A model generated the notes under the pieces. That model did no database searches. It saw only the letters and a list, made by a program, of their open reading frames with translations, and was not told the origin of the DNA. A stretch of 64,000 bases of DNA from contig JAWQFM010000001.1 of assembly GCA_033442325.1 (NCBI GenBank), positions 2,021,479 to 2,085,478 on the forward strand, written 5' to 3'. The first letter of the stretch is position 1. Every line of letters starts with the position of its first letter. Shown here piece after piece: positions 38,301 through 58,948 of this stretch. The stretch comes from Salpingoeca rosetta. Taxonomy: Eukaryota; Protista; Choanoflagellata. The position numbers and the translations under genes were made by a program.

Positions 38301-39623
38301 ATCCTGACACAGCGGTTTGAGACGGGCGCCGTGCCCGCGGAAACGGTGCACAGGAACACGCTCACGCGCCTGGTGGACCCGTGGGGCATGCGGGCCGTTG
38401 GCCAGCCATGCCCGCTCGTGCACGCGGTGTTCCCACACATCAACTCGATGACCTGGCAGGCGAAATTGGAGGCGGAGGCGCCGCTTCTCGGGTTTACGGG
38501 CTGGCGACTCGAGGACGCCACGCTCGCCGTGCTCGTGCAGACTGGCAGCGGCAGCATGTTCACGGACCGCTTTAGGGACGCGCGGCCGGGCGTGGAGCAC
38601 AGGCGCATCGCGTATCTTGATGGCGAGGGCGTCTTTGGGCCGGGGCTCAAGCCGCGTGAGCTGTGGGAGGAAAGCGTCAAGCTGCTCTCCCACAGGCTTA
38701 ACGTCGTGGGCCGCTTTCTCGCGTGCAAGACAGTCAAGTCCCATTCTGGAGCGTGGATGGTGTGGGCGTGGCAGTGGGCGTTGCACATTGGCGTGATTGA
38801 GCGCATGCACACTTGTCTTGGCTGGAAGCCCGCATACCGGACTGGCATCAAGGGCCACACCTGCCTCGCCTGGCTTGCACAGTATGTATGTGTGTATGTA
38901 TGTATGTGTGTATGTATTGTGTGTGTGTATGTATGTATGTATGTATGTATGTATGTATGTATGTATGTATGTATGTATGTATGTATGTATGTATGTATGT
39001 ATGTATGTACGTATGTGTGTGTATGTGTGTGTGTACAAGTCTGTCAGGCTGTGTGTATGTGTGCATGTGTGTGTGTACAAGTCTGTCAGGCTGTGTGTAT
39101 GTGTGCGCACGTGTTGTAGTGATGAGCAATCACTGGCAATCATTGGCCCTTTGACCTTCTTTTGTTGGTCTCGTTGCCTGCTTTGCTCACTTTGCTCGCC
39201 ATGGTTGTGCGCCTTCCAGAGTATGCAAGTATTGGATTCGCGGCCAGCGTCGCCATGTTGAGAAGCACCTTCTCAAGTGTATAAGCGAGGAACAGGTGCA
39301 TGTGTATTCAATGTTGTGAGTGTGTTCTTGCGTGTTGTGAGTGTGTTCTTGCGTGTTTAGAGGTGTGTGTGTGTGTGTGTGTGTGATGAGCGAAGCGCCA
39401 TCTGCTTCAGGCGTATCCCCACTCACACCACTGTGCCCCTGCATGATAACACACACACACATACGTACGTGCGTGTGCCAGAAACGTCTCGGATCCAACC
39501 GCTTTCCTATGCCGGAAGAGGTGGCTCGGCACATTTATCTGCCGAAGAAGCGCGTCGTCTACACGCTTGAAGAGGCCACAGCAAACTTCGACCAAGTACT
39601 GTGTGTGTGTGTGTGCGTATGTA

Positions 39624-39694
<71 letters not shown>

Positions 39695-40552
39695 CTGTGT
39701 GTGTGCGGGGCGTATATTTGTGCGGGGTGTAACTGTCCTCCTTCCAACCAACCCCCCCCCACCTCCCCCTGCTTCGTCTTCTTCTTCTTCTTCCTCTTTG
39801 CGGTTGATGTACGTTTTTGTGGAGAAGTGATGTTGTTCATGTACACACTGCTGACTCGCACTGCTCATACTCTTCGTTCACAGGAGCGTCTCAACAGCGT
39901 GGGCGAAGACCTCGAGATTACCATCTTCGTAAGACAGACACGCTTTCACCTGCACTCGCATACACATGCACACAGACACGCTTTCACCTGCACTCGCATA
40001 CACACACACACTATCACATTTCGTTTGTCCTTCACCCGCTTACAACACCTTCCGGCCCCCCCCCTCTCTCTCTCTGTTGTTCCTTTACTTTGCGCACGTG
40101 CACAACAGGACCATTCTGCGGGCATTGCGCTGCCCACAGTGCTTGTGTACCACCGGCACAGCCCGTCGTGCATTGTCAAGTTTGAGCCCTCGCTCGACTA
40201 CTCTGTGTACCGCCGGAAGGAGAAGGCCCTGCGGAACATGCGGGAGTGGTATCGCCGAAAACTTGAGAAGCGCCGAGCGCAGGGCAAGGCTGTTGGCAGT
40301 GAGAAGAAGGGCGATGTTGGTGGTGGCGATGAGAATGATGGTGGGGGTGGTGAGGGTGAAGGTGACAGCACCGAAGGGGACGGGAGCGGTGCGGTTTCGG
40401 TGACAGCAGACATGGCAGAGCAGCCAGCGTCAGGCGCACACGGTGCTGACGTGGACGCAGAGGACGACGATGAGGACGGGATGGCCGGGCTCGCCGCTGA
40501 CAGCGAAGAGGACGACGACGAAGAGAAAGAAGAAGAGGAGGAGGAAGAAGAG

Positions 40553-40583
<31 letters not shown>

Positions 40584-41569
40584 GCAGGATGCAGGATCCA
40601 CTGAGCCAGGCGTTATCACAGTCGTTTAGTGGCGACTTTGGCGGGGGCGACTTGCTGTCACAGACACTGTCTCAGTTTACGCAACCATCGGCATCACAGA
40701 TGAACAGCAGCTTGTATGCCATGGACACCAGTTTACGTTATGATGGCGAAGACGTGGTTGTGCACACGCAGGAGGCATCGCAGTTCCAACGCGACCCCGG
40801 CTTGCTTCTTGATGCCCCTTTGAGCGTGCAAGGGCTGGACTACCTGTGGATGCTGGATACAGACGCCATCACGACGGGGGCGTCCATTGCCGACCTTGTG
40901 CCTCCTGCACGCCTCAATGCACCCGTGGAGCCGTGGGAGCCCGATGACGACGACGACGACGACGACGGTGGCGACGACGCTACCGACAGCCATCGCCGGA
41001 AAGGTGGCAAGGGCGGCAAAGGGAGCACGGATGAGAAGACAGAGGGCGGTAATGGCGGCGCGGAAGCCGCCTCCACTTCTGCTGCAGGCCGTGATGATGA
41101 TGACGATGATGATGATGATGATGATGGGGGAGGTGGTGTTGGTGGCTTGCTGATGCGTGATGCTGCGGTCGCTCGATCCGTGTCGTTTGTGCCTGACAAT
41201 GATGGCGACGACGACGACGATGATGAAGCTGATGATGATGATGAAGGTGATGGCGATGGCAATGCTGACATCGGCACGGGTGCTGCGCGTGGAGATGCGA
41301 TGATGGAGGCCATCGTGCAGCGTCGGGAGCAGCTGTCTGCGTCTCAGGGCCCATCCGCGCTGGCGCGCAGCATCCTGCACAAGCAGCACCGGCGAGGCCG
41401 CGGGACACGCTCTACTCGGCGCGGCAGCGGCGGCAGGGGCAGCGGTGCACGCGGTGGATTGCGGGGGGCACCACCACGCATCGCTTCTGCAGCATCATCC
41501 TCATCCTCGTCCTCGTCCTCGTTCTTGGTGCAGCAGCATCCGCTGCGCAGAAGCACCAGCAAGCGATAG
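35354..41569 (+). CDS. Beta-propeller-like protein with long acidic tail; putative TAF1C/Rrn6 (RNA Pol I core factor) homologue; multi-exon
   Basis: In-frame exon chain from MAFVAQPGHER|TLNSFGVRGY through a ~1 kb exon (from 37704) containing WSFADLLPSQQPHVQLLWSPGGVHACDFR and GVTQSHMHAIDIRNGAAPALTIAH, followed by a D/E-rich, SQ-rich tail ending RRSTSKR*. The gene is well supported; the family call is inference. Confidence 0.55.
38883..39112. repeat. (TATG)n tract followed by a ~46-bp tandem duplication (gtgtacaagtctgtcaggctgtgtgtatgtgtgc), intronic
   Basis: Directly visible. Confidence 0.85.
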
Positions 41570-41986
41570 CATGTAGTGTATGTTGTGTGTGTATGTTGTG
41601 TGTGTGTGTGTTGTGTGTGTGTGTGTTGTGTGTGTGTGTTGTGTGTGGATGCAACTTCCATGCGCTCCTCAGCATAAATTAAACGACTTCACAAAAAATT
41701 GTCCTGTCGTTGCCAGCAGTTGCGTGCAGGCAACGGTGCAGCGAATGAATACCAAGCGTGACGAACGTGCCCGACAACCGTTGACTTGGCTCGCCAACGG
41801 CTATGCACTCACTCGATATCTGATTGTCCTCCCACCACCACCAACAACCTCTCGCTTGCTGCAGCTGCGCCAGTGCATTCTTCCGATCTCCACCCATTAC
41901 AGCCAACCAGCTACAAGGCTTTTTGTTGTTGCTTGTTGTCGTTGCGGGGGTCAGCCACAGTAAGCAACAAAGCAAGGAGAAAAACA

Positions 41987-42360
41987 ATGAGCTTCGCTGT
42001 TCCTCATCGCAAGAAGCCGGCACCAGCCGCCGGCAGGACAGAGTCGTCCAGCAAGATTGTCTACGCGGAACACATGCTCCAAGCGCTGGTTCGACAACAC
42101 GCACCGTGAGTCCAAAGCCATTCCCGAGTGGATGTAGGCACGTTCGTCTGCTTCCGTGCGTCTGTAAATGTGTGTGTGTGTGTGTGGGTGTGTGTGTGGG
42201 TGTGTGGGTGTGTGGTGATAGTTGTTTTGAGCGGTCTATCGTGCTCACGAGCATGTACACACACACTCTCGTACTCACACTCTCACACTCTCACACTCTC
42301 ACACTCTCACACTCTCACACACGCATTTGCGCATACCCACACCCACCCACACACACACAC

Positions 42361-42448
<88 letters not shown>

Positions 42449-43299
42449 ACCACACACACACACACAAAACACGCGCCCACACTTACGCATGCACACTTAC
42501 ACAACCACGCGTACACATGCTCAGGTGGTATTCGGAGAAGGAGGTCAAGGCCATCTTCTATCGCAACTTGGCCAAGGACCGGCTGAACCAACCCAGGCTG
42601 GTTGACCGCCTTCAAGACACAGCAGGGAGCCAGCATCACGCAAGCGCCATCGACACCATGCTCGGACTCAACGATCAGCTCCCAGATGTCACCTACAACA
42701 CCATGCATGCAGCACCCAGCGCACTGCCACATCATGCCAAAGACTTGTCGCGCAGCAACTCGCGCTCCGAACACCGGCCACGCTCAGCAAACGTCGATTC
42801 CCTCGCTGCGCGTAATCAGGACTTCGTGCTCAAGCCAGATGGCGTGGCTCCACTCGTCAGAAGCACGGCGCCACCACAAGTGCGCACAGAACGCATTCAC
42901 GACCATTACCACACCAAGGACGATGCCAGCAAAAGCCACAGCAATCGCTATGAATCTCCAGCATACGCGTCCTCTGTGAAAAGCGACAGCAGTGCCACCC
43001 CCTCCACAAGCGCATCTCCTGATCGCGCCCAGCAGCAGCGCTCCAGCGGCAGCCGCGGAGGCAGCGAGCGTGGTGTGGGCGACGACAGTGCAGCCACAGA
43101 CGGTGCGCGCAAGGGCAAGGTTGTTCGCAGGCGATCATCTCTCGTCACAACTGTGCCGCAGCCTGACAAGGCGCAGTCGCACGTGCCTGCGCAGACGAAG
43201 CCAGCCCTCTCCTCCCCGCTGTACAAGAACGTCTCCGCAAGCAAGAGCGTCGAGGACCTGACAGTTACCAGCGAAGACACCCAAGTCTTCATCGTTTGA
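41987..43299 (+). CDS. Uncharacterised two-exon protein, mostly disordered and S-rich
   Basis: ATG at 41987 (MSFAVPHRKKP...RQHAP), gtgagt donor near 42106, CA-rich intron, cag acceptor near 42525, then WYSEKEVKAIFYRNLAKDRLNQPRL...QVFIV*. Confidence 0.65.
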
Positions 43300-43831
43300 C
43301 CCTATTCTGTATGCCGTGCACAGCATGCTTAGACGCTCGATTGCTGTGACCCCGTTGTCTCGTTACTCAGGTGCTCAATTCTCACATGGCAATGCAATGT
43401 GTTTACATGAAAAGCACTCCATGCTGTTTATTCGTTGATATTGCTTCCGCCCTTGGTTGTTGATTAGCTACCCTCATCACTCAGTCAAACCACATCGCAC
43501 ACGCGCCCTCACGAACCAACGGCGAACACTTCAGCACTTCTGCCTGTCGAACCAGCTCGACAACACAAAGGAAAGGCAGAAGAGCAAAGAAAGGAAGAAA
43601 GGAAGAGAGACGAAGGAAAGAAGAAAGGAATGGCAGTTCATGTCAAATTATAAAAAGTGCACAGAAACACACAACGGAGCACACAGCAAGCAAGACAACA
43701 CTGCCCGCTTTCACACGCATCAGAGAACAAGGCTGCGTTACCCGTGCCAGATCAGCTGTGAATGGGAGAGGGTGGGAGACACGGAAAGGCACAGAAAGCA
43801 CAAGGCCCGCGTTTGCCCCGCACGGAGGCGT

Positions 43832-44421
43832 TCATGCTGCCGACGCCAAGGATGCGATGGCTGCACTCAGAAACTCCAACCAGCTCTTGTACTCGTTCTC
43901 GTCAGCGCTGCAAAGGGTTGGGGGGGGGGAAGACAAATAGACACAAGGCCGTGCAATGTGAGATTAGGGAAGGAGAACGCAGGTGGGAAGTGGACTTGCA
44001 AAGGGCGCGGATGACTGCACACCAACAGCGCCATGCAGCAGCAGGAGCCGCAGTCTTGGGAGGAAGGTTCACGCAGCGACAGTTGTGGCAACCACAAGGG
44101 CAGGCAGGGTGGTGCTGTGTACGCACCAGACAAAGTTGAAGGTGCGATCTGGCGTGATGAGGGAGAGGCAGTGGCTGCCCGAGAACGAGTCATTGAAGGG
44201 CTCCTTTTCCTCCACCGCCGTCACCTCACGGAGATCAATGATGCGCAGTGGTTTGGCGTCCGGGCGAAGGCTCTTGTGGTACGACAGGTGTCCGCTGTCG
44301 CGCAGCACAAACCTGGTGACAAGAAAGGCGGGGGGGGGTGAACATGAAAAAAAAGAAGGCGTATCATGGGCGAGTAGCTGACACACAGACACACAGACAC
44401 ACGCACACACACAGACACACA

Positions 44422-44457
<36 letters not shown>

Positions 44458-44801
44458 GACAGACAGAGACACACAGACACAGACACAGACACACAGACAC
44501 AGACACAGACACACACACACACAACACTCACCATCGCTTCTTCCAGGACTGCCTGCCGAGTGTGCTTCTGCCCCCGCCTTGCTTGATCATGAATCCCGAC
44601 AGCACAATTTCCCCGACGCCCATGGTCCAGTCGATATCCGCCGACGACGGCAGCGCGGCAGACTCCTGCTCTCGCTGCACATTCACAGGCAAAGAAACCC
44701 CACAGTTAATCAAGTCGCAACACAGATGTCACCCGAGCACAAGCAGGAGCGGAACCTGAGTTCGACCTTCAAAACACACACACACACATACACACACACA
44801 C

Positions 44802-44860
<59 letters not shown>

Positions 44861-45919
44861 CACAACACACACACAGCGGCGGCGGCAGCATGTGCGAGCG
44901 AACCTGTTTGAGCATGGTGAGGCCACGATCCAGGTATTTCTTGATTGCGTCGTGCAGCTCGTCGAATGTCGGGCGATCTGCAGACTTGTGCTATTGACCG
45001 CAAGTGTGCCATTGTTGTCGTTGGAGCGTGAGGTGACTCAATCACCAAATGGACGCACACACACAGCGCGAGACATCCGTAGACGGACACACACAAACAA
45101 ACAAGCAAACAAACAAACAAACAAACAAGCAAACAAACAAACAAACAAGCAAACAAACAAACAAACAAACAAACAAACAAACAAACAAACAAACAAACAA
45201 CATACTGACCATGAAGCAGCGCATGACGACGTCCTTGATTGCGTCAGGACAGCGTGCAGGGAGCTCGAGCTGGGGCAATTTCCCTGCGGCGTGACGGTCC
45301 GCAAGCTCCATATCTGTCAACGTCCCGTACGGCGTCTTGCCAAACGTAAACACCTCCCACGCGGTAACGCCAAAGCTCCACACATCGGACTTGAGGGAGT
45401 ACTTGGCGTACGACACAGCCTCTGGTGCCATCCATCGCAGGGGCAGCTTGTCTCCCTGGCAATCACAATCACACACAATCATGTGCAATGACGGCAGCGC
45501 ATGTGTGTGTGTGTGTGCGTGTATGTGTGTGTGTGTGCGTGAGACAGCATGCGTGCGTGTGATGTATCGAAATCATTTGCGAGTCTGTGTTTAGACGGCG
45601 CGGTAATACATGCGTGCAAGTGCACACAAGCCATAGCTGACAACGTGTGACCGACATATCAAAACAAAACAGACCTTGGCCGTGTAGTAGTCCTGCTCAT
45701 GCAAAGCGTGACCGAGCCCAAAGTTGGAGATCTTCACTGTCAGATCGGACCCAACAAGGCAGTTGCGTGCAGCTGCAGCGACAAAAGCAATGCATGTGCA
45801 TGTGTGTGTGTGTGTGTGTGTGTTGTGTGGTGAGAAATAGTGCAAGGGCGCGGGTCATCAGTGACCGAAGCCAAAGAGCGCGTGCAATGAACACACACAC
45901 TCACACACACTCACACACA

Positions 45920-45964
<45 letters not shown>

Positions 45965-48418
45965 CAACAACAGAACACGAAAAGCGCAAGTGGCGTGCAG
46001 GTGTTTGTGGCGCACCAAGGTCTCTGTGCACGACGCCTCGATGAGCGAGGTAGGCGGCACCAGCAGCGATGTTCTCGCACATGTTCATCAGGTGTGGTGT
46101 CCCAAGCTGGCTCGGCTAGTGAAGGCGCGCAACGAAGACAGGAAGGTGCAAAGGAAGTGAGGACAAATTGCGAGTGAGGCATTGGCAGACTTTTGGTCAT
46201 TCAGCACCAACACGACTTGACACACGGTACACACAACACAAACACACATGCACATACAGCGGGTAGGACCAACCCTGGCAGGCGTGGCTGCGCTGCTGCG
46301 GAGATACGAGAGGAGGTCGCCAAAGGGAAGATACTCGAGGATGATGAAATGTGGCTCCTCACGTGAGCAGAACCCAAGCAAGGACACCACGTTGGGGTGG
46401 TTGAAACGCTGCTTACGCAAAAGGCCCATCTCCTTGCGCAATGCTTTGGCGGCGGAAGCTGGCGCCCCTTCCGTCAGCATCTTCACGACGACAGACTCGC
46501 GCGCACCAGCTGCGATACGAAAGCACCCACGACACAACAGTTGTGCGTGTGGTATGATGTCAATGAAGCGTTCACACACACACACAGAGGCGCACATAGT
46601 GATACAGATGAGCAGCCACACACTGCGTCACACAGACACACATATGTGCAAAGCAAATACGCACACGCACGCACACACACATATACACATTAACACACAA
46701 GCTTACAGAGGCACAAGCATGCGCACCTGCGAATCCGCTTGACGTCTCCATGACGACGAGTTGGGTATTGCCGTTGGTGCCGAGATCGCACACAAACCGC
46801 AGGTCCTCGCGCGGAAACTCAAGGTTGCTGTCATCGTCCTGCTTCGACGTGTCAAACACGGACGCACGCGGGTCAAGCTGGGCCAGCGTTGCGGCGTGCT
46901 TGCTGCTGGCGGTCGGCACAAGCTGCCCAATGTCACGGGGGAGTCGCCCAGACCGCTGCTTCTCCTGCACACGCGCACACACACACACATGGAGCGGGTG
47001 TGGATGAGCGATGGAAGAGGGGGGGGGGAGAACAACCAAGCAAGTTGTGGGTCATGAACGAATGGCAATGTATGTTTGAGCACAAAGATGTGGGTAAACG
47101 CACGATAGTGCAGAGGGCTTGCAGTTGCTGGTGAAGATCCGTGAAGGACGCGCGCTGTGCGGGGTCCTGTGTATGCGACGCACAAGAGGGACAATACGCA
47201 GATATCGAGGTGGTCAGCAATACCACATGCGACAACGCGCACACATAAGCAATCGCACACATGTGAACACAAAGCAAACATGCATTTACACACGCACGCG
47301 CGCGCATGTACACATACACGCGCGCGCGCGCACGCAAACATTGACGTACCTCGTGCCAACAGAGTTTCATGATGTCGTAGACGCCATCCGAGCACTTGCT
47401 CGGGCACGGCAGGCGCTCACCAGCACGCACGCGGCGAACCACCTCGTCCGTGCTGCTGCCCTTCCACGGCGTCTTCGCCTGCGTCTCCACCTCCCACAAA
47501 AACACGCCAAACGAGTATACGTCCGTGGCGTGCGTAAACACGCGCGCAATGAGGCTCTCTGGCGCCATCCACTTGATGGGCAGCAGGCAGCGGGAGCGCA
47601 CAATGTAGTTCTGCGTCTCGTCCTCCAGCTGTCGGGAGAGACCAAAGTCTGCAATCTTCACTGCGCAGTACCGCCCGAGCAACACATTGCGCGCAGCAAG
47701 GTCGCGGTGCACAAACCCCTGCGCGGTGAGGTGCGCCATGCCGGCTGCAACCTGCGTGGTGATGTGCGTCTTCTCAAGGGCGTTGACGCGGATGCTGTTG
47801 CGGCGGCAGCTCTTCAGCACCGCCCGCAGGTCCCCATATGGGATGTGCTCCACGATGATGCGCAGCGGCTTCTGCTGCGTGATCACGCCAATCAGCTTGA
47901 GAACGTTCTCGTGCGAGAAGCGGGCGAGCGTCTCGGCCTCCTGCATGAACTGCTTCACCGCCACCACGTCCTCCGACGCAGCCTTGCATGACTTGACAGC
48001 CACCAGCTGCCCATCTCGCTCCTCGCACGTGCGGTCTGCCGCCTGCGGGTGTGTGCACGGCGCCAGCCACGCCGCAAACACCTGTCCAAACTGGCCTGCG
48101 CCGAGCTCGTGCATCACCTGCAGCCGGGACGCCTCAATCTCAAACGGAAGCAGTTCGGGGATGATGTAGTCGTTCTCGTAGTCGTGGGCGTCATCCTCGT
48201 CCTCGTCAACAACTTCGCGCGCTGAGCGAGAGGCCATGCTCACCGAGGTGTGTGTGCTGTGCAACGTGTTGCGGGGCGCGGGGAGTAGGGCGAAGGGGTG
48301 AGGTGCATATTTGTTGCAATGCGGTGGGGACGGTTTGAGAGAGAGTGTGTGTGTGTATTGTCATGTTGTGCGATGTAGGAGAATGGAGAATCGCATTTCG
48401 TGATATGACGCACCAAAG

Positions 48419-48498
<80 letters not shown>

Positions 48499-48895
48499 AA
48501 CAAACAAACAAAACATGGTGGTACCTGAGTGCATCTGAGAGTGGGCGAGCAGGTGGGCGGCGGTTCTTTGTGTCCGAAGGCATTGGCGGGAGCGAGGACA
48601 TGGCTGCAACAACAGATGACGCGTTCTCATACAGCCCGGCCTCTGGATCTGCTTCTAATAACGCAGTGACAAAGTCGTGACAGCAGGTGGTGGTGGTATT
48701 GCAAAGGGTGGATGAGACAAGTGATATTTGGCATGCCCCATCAGCTTGGATGTGCGCAACATGCACGCCTACCACAGATGCTTGCGTACACGTAGGCTGA
48801 CGGTTCCACATTTGAAAACATACACATTCAGGCGCACAGAGACGAAGCCACGGGCAGACATGCAGACGCACACACACACGCACACACACACACAC

Positions 48896-48938
<43 letters not shown>

Positions 48939-49422
48939 CACACAAGGCACACACAGGCACAGGCACAGGCACAGGCCCACACACGCACACGCGGTCATAC
49001 TTGATGGCGGCAATCCGTCAGCTGCCCGTTCGTAGTCGGACTCGAGTTTGTTGTGGGAGCGAATCAAGTTGGCGTAGGTGACGGGCGGCTCCTCTGGCGG
49101 GTCAAAGTAAGTGCACGTCTTACCCAGAAGCACTGCCAAGCCGTCCTTCTCTGTACGGTAGTGCTGCACCAGGTCCGGCAGGCTGCGCAGCAGCTTCCCG
49201 CTCTTGGTCAGCATCTTCCCGCCGTTGTGTCGAAGCTGTGGATATGTGGGCGACGTGGACAGTGAAAGAGGGAAGGGGAAGTGAGGGCAACATGCTCCCA
49301 CCATATGTTGGGCGCACAGGGCAGCAGCACAGGCATACAAACCACCAAGCGGCTAATCCAAACAATCAAACAGCCAAGCCAACCAACACACACACACACA
49401 CACACACATGCACGCACACACG

Positions 49423-49459
<37 letters not shown>

Positions 49460-49634
49460 GGTTGTGCTTGATGCCATCGCCAACGCGAACCGAGAGCACG
49501 TAGTCTGTTGGTCGCGATGCGCTGGCGCGGATGATGAAGGTGCCTTCCGGCTCATTGTGCAGGGCCTTCTCTGCATCTTGCCTGGAGATTTTGAGCTCAA
49601 GCCACAGCTTGATGCGCTGGGGCTCGGACAGCAT
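43832..49634 (-). CDS. Cytoplasmic tyrosine kinase with SH2 - TyrK - second (pseudo)TyrK - PH architecture; multi-exon
   Basis: SH2: ISRQDAEKAL..GTFIIRAS..YVLSV..LVQHY. Kinase 1: LGAGQFGQV, VAVK, HRDLAARN, DFG, LPIKWMAPE. Kinase 2: VVVK, HRDLAARN, KISNFG, LPLRWMAPE, SDVWSFGV. PH: SGFMIKQGG..SWKKRWFVL..TPDRTF..EYKSWLEFL. Stop TGA at 43832. Confidence 0.88.
45092..45201. repeat. (AAAC)n tetranucleotide tract in a tyrosine kinase intron
   Basis: Directly visible. Confidence 0.9.
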
Positions 49635-50074
49635 GTTGGCTTGCTTCTTCGGTTCTGCCCTTGTCCCTGCGGTTCCCTGTGTTGAAAGCTGGCTACTTGC
49701 TGTTGTGGTTGCGATTTGTTGGTTGTTGTTGTGGTTGTGGTTGTTGTTGCGTTTTGACCGAGAAGCAGGAGAGAAAAAAAAACGCAAGAGGGAGGGGCGC
49801 CCACGTGTGCACGTGCACGCGTATGTATGTGCGCTCGCGGGTGGGAGATGCTGGTGGCAGCTGTAAACACCACACCTCTGACCACTAGCACCACCAACAG
49901 GACAGTCAGCACTACACACCACCCAACCTGGATCCAATCAAGCAAGCAAGCAAGCAAAGCAAAGCTTCTTCTTGTTGTTGTTTTGTTGAGCAAGGCAGAG
50001 GATTTGTGGACAATTTCCACCAATGTTCGCCTCCAACAAGCCAAAAGAGAAGAAGAAGCGAAAGCGCAACGACG

Positions 50075-52965
<2,891 letters not shown>

Positions 52966-53620
52966 CCACGCCATGTGTGTGTGTGTGTCTGTGTCTGTGT
53001 CTGTGTCTGTGTGTGTTTGTGTGTGCGTTGAGGTTGACTGTTGGGTTGGAGTGTTCACGTCAGGCCGAGAGGAGAGCTAGTGCTTGTCTGGAGGAACGTG
53101 TGGGTCAGGCTGCTTGTTTGGTTTGGTTGGTGGGTTGGTGGGTTGTTTGTTTACACATCAGTTAGCGTGCAAAGAGCGGAGACAGAGAAGAAGATGAATG
53201 AAGGCATGATGTGGTTGTGGTTGTATGTGTGTGTGTGTGTGTGCTTTCCGTTTGTTAGACCTTTCATGCAAATGTTCACCATGCATGCTCGTGCAGTTGG
53301 CGTGCACGCTTGCTTGCCTGTTGTTTGCTTCGCTCCTTGCTTGATTGATTGGCTTTGCACTCACTGAAAGAGAGAGTTGATAGCGTGCAGTGCGAAGCAA
53401 GTAAGCAAGCGAGCGAGCAGCATGGACTGGAGTAGAATGGATGGTGTGAGGTGGTTGGTTGGTTGATGTGGTTGGTTGAGGGGGTGAGGTGCTGGTGGGA
53501 TGTGTGTTGGAGCAGGTTTGTTGGAACGAAGTTTTCTTTGGCTTGTTTGTTTGTTTGGGTGGTGTTGTTGATGAGGAGAGCAAAAGCAAGACTGGTTGGA
53601 AGGGCGCACACACACACCAG

Positions 53621-57809
<4,189 letters not shown>

Positions 57810-58189
57810 GCAGCATCGCCCCATGGCTTTGACATGCCTTGCTCCAACACCACACAACACCAACAAGACACAAACAAACCACAAGCACAATGACAGCCAC
57901 CACGGCCACCAGCAACAACATCATTAAACGACACTGAAGCAACGGCCTCACAAGGCGAGAAGACAGAGACCGGTGAGGGAGGAGGGGAGGTACAACCACC
58001 AGTCACGCGCTGCCGATGAAGAACAACACAACACAAAGAATGCATGAACGCAGAGAGACAGACAGACACATGCGAGGAGGCCATACGGACCACGCTATAT
58101 GTTGACACGAGTCAACATCACACACCATACGTAAGCATGCTCACATACACATGAACATGTGCATCCACATGTGCACAGGTGCTCAAGAA

Positions 58190-58856
<667 letters not shown>

Positions 58857-58948
58857 CTTGGGGTTTGTCCGTGCGCGTGTCGTTGTGTGTGTGTGTGTGT
58901 TCGCTTGCTTGTGGTTTGCGTGGATTTTCAACAACAACAACACACAAG
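58857..58948. promoter_or_regulatory. Putative bidirectional promoter between MRPL34 and the cyclin T/K gene
   Basis: Divergent ATGs are only 92 bp apart. Inferred from gene geometry only. Confidence 0.55.

Noticed and set aside
37923-39143. 406-aa and 248-aa minus-strand ORFs
   Set aside because: They are antisense shadows of the GC-rich plus-strand exon.
39933-40005. ~37-bp tandem duplication (cagacacgctttcacctgcactcgcatacac)
   Set aside because: Two intronic copies without spacers indicate local slippage, not CRISPR or a mobile element.
43832-49634. JAK orthologue call
   Set aside because: No FERM domain, the kinase/pseudokinase order is reversed and a PH domain is present.
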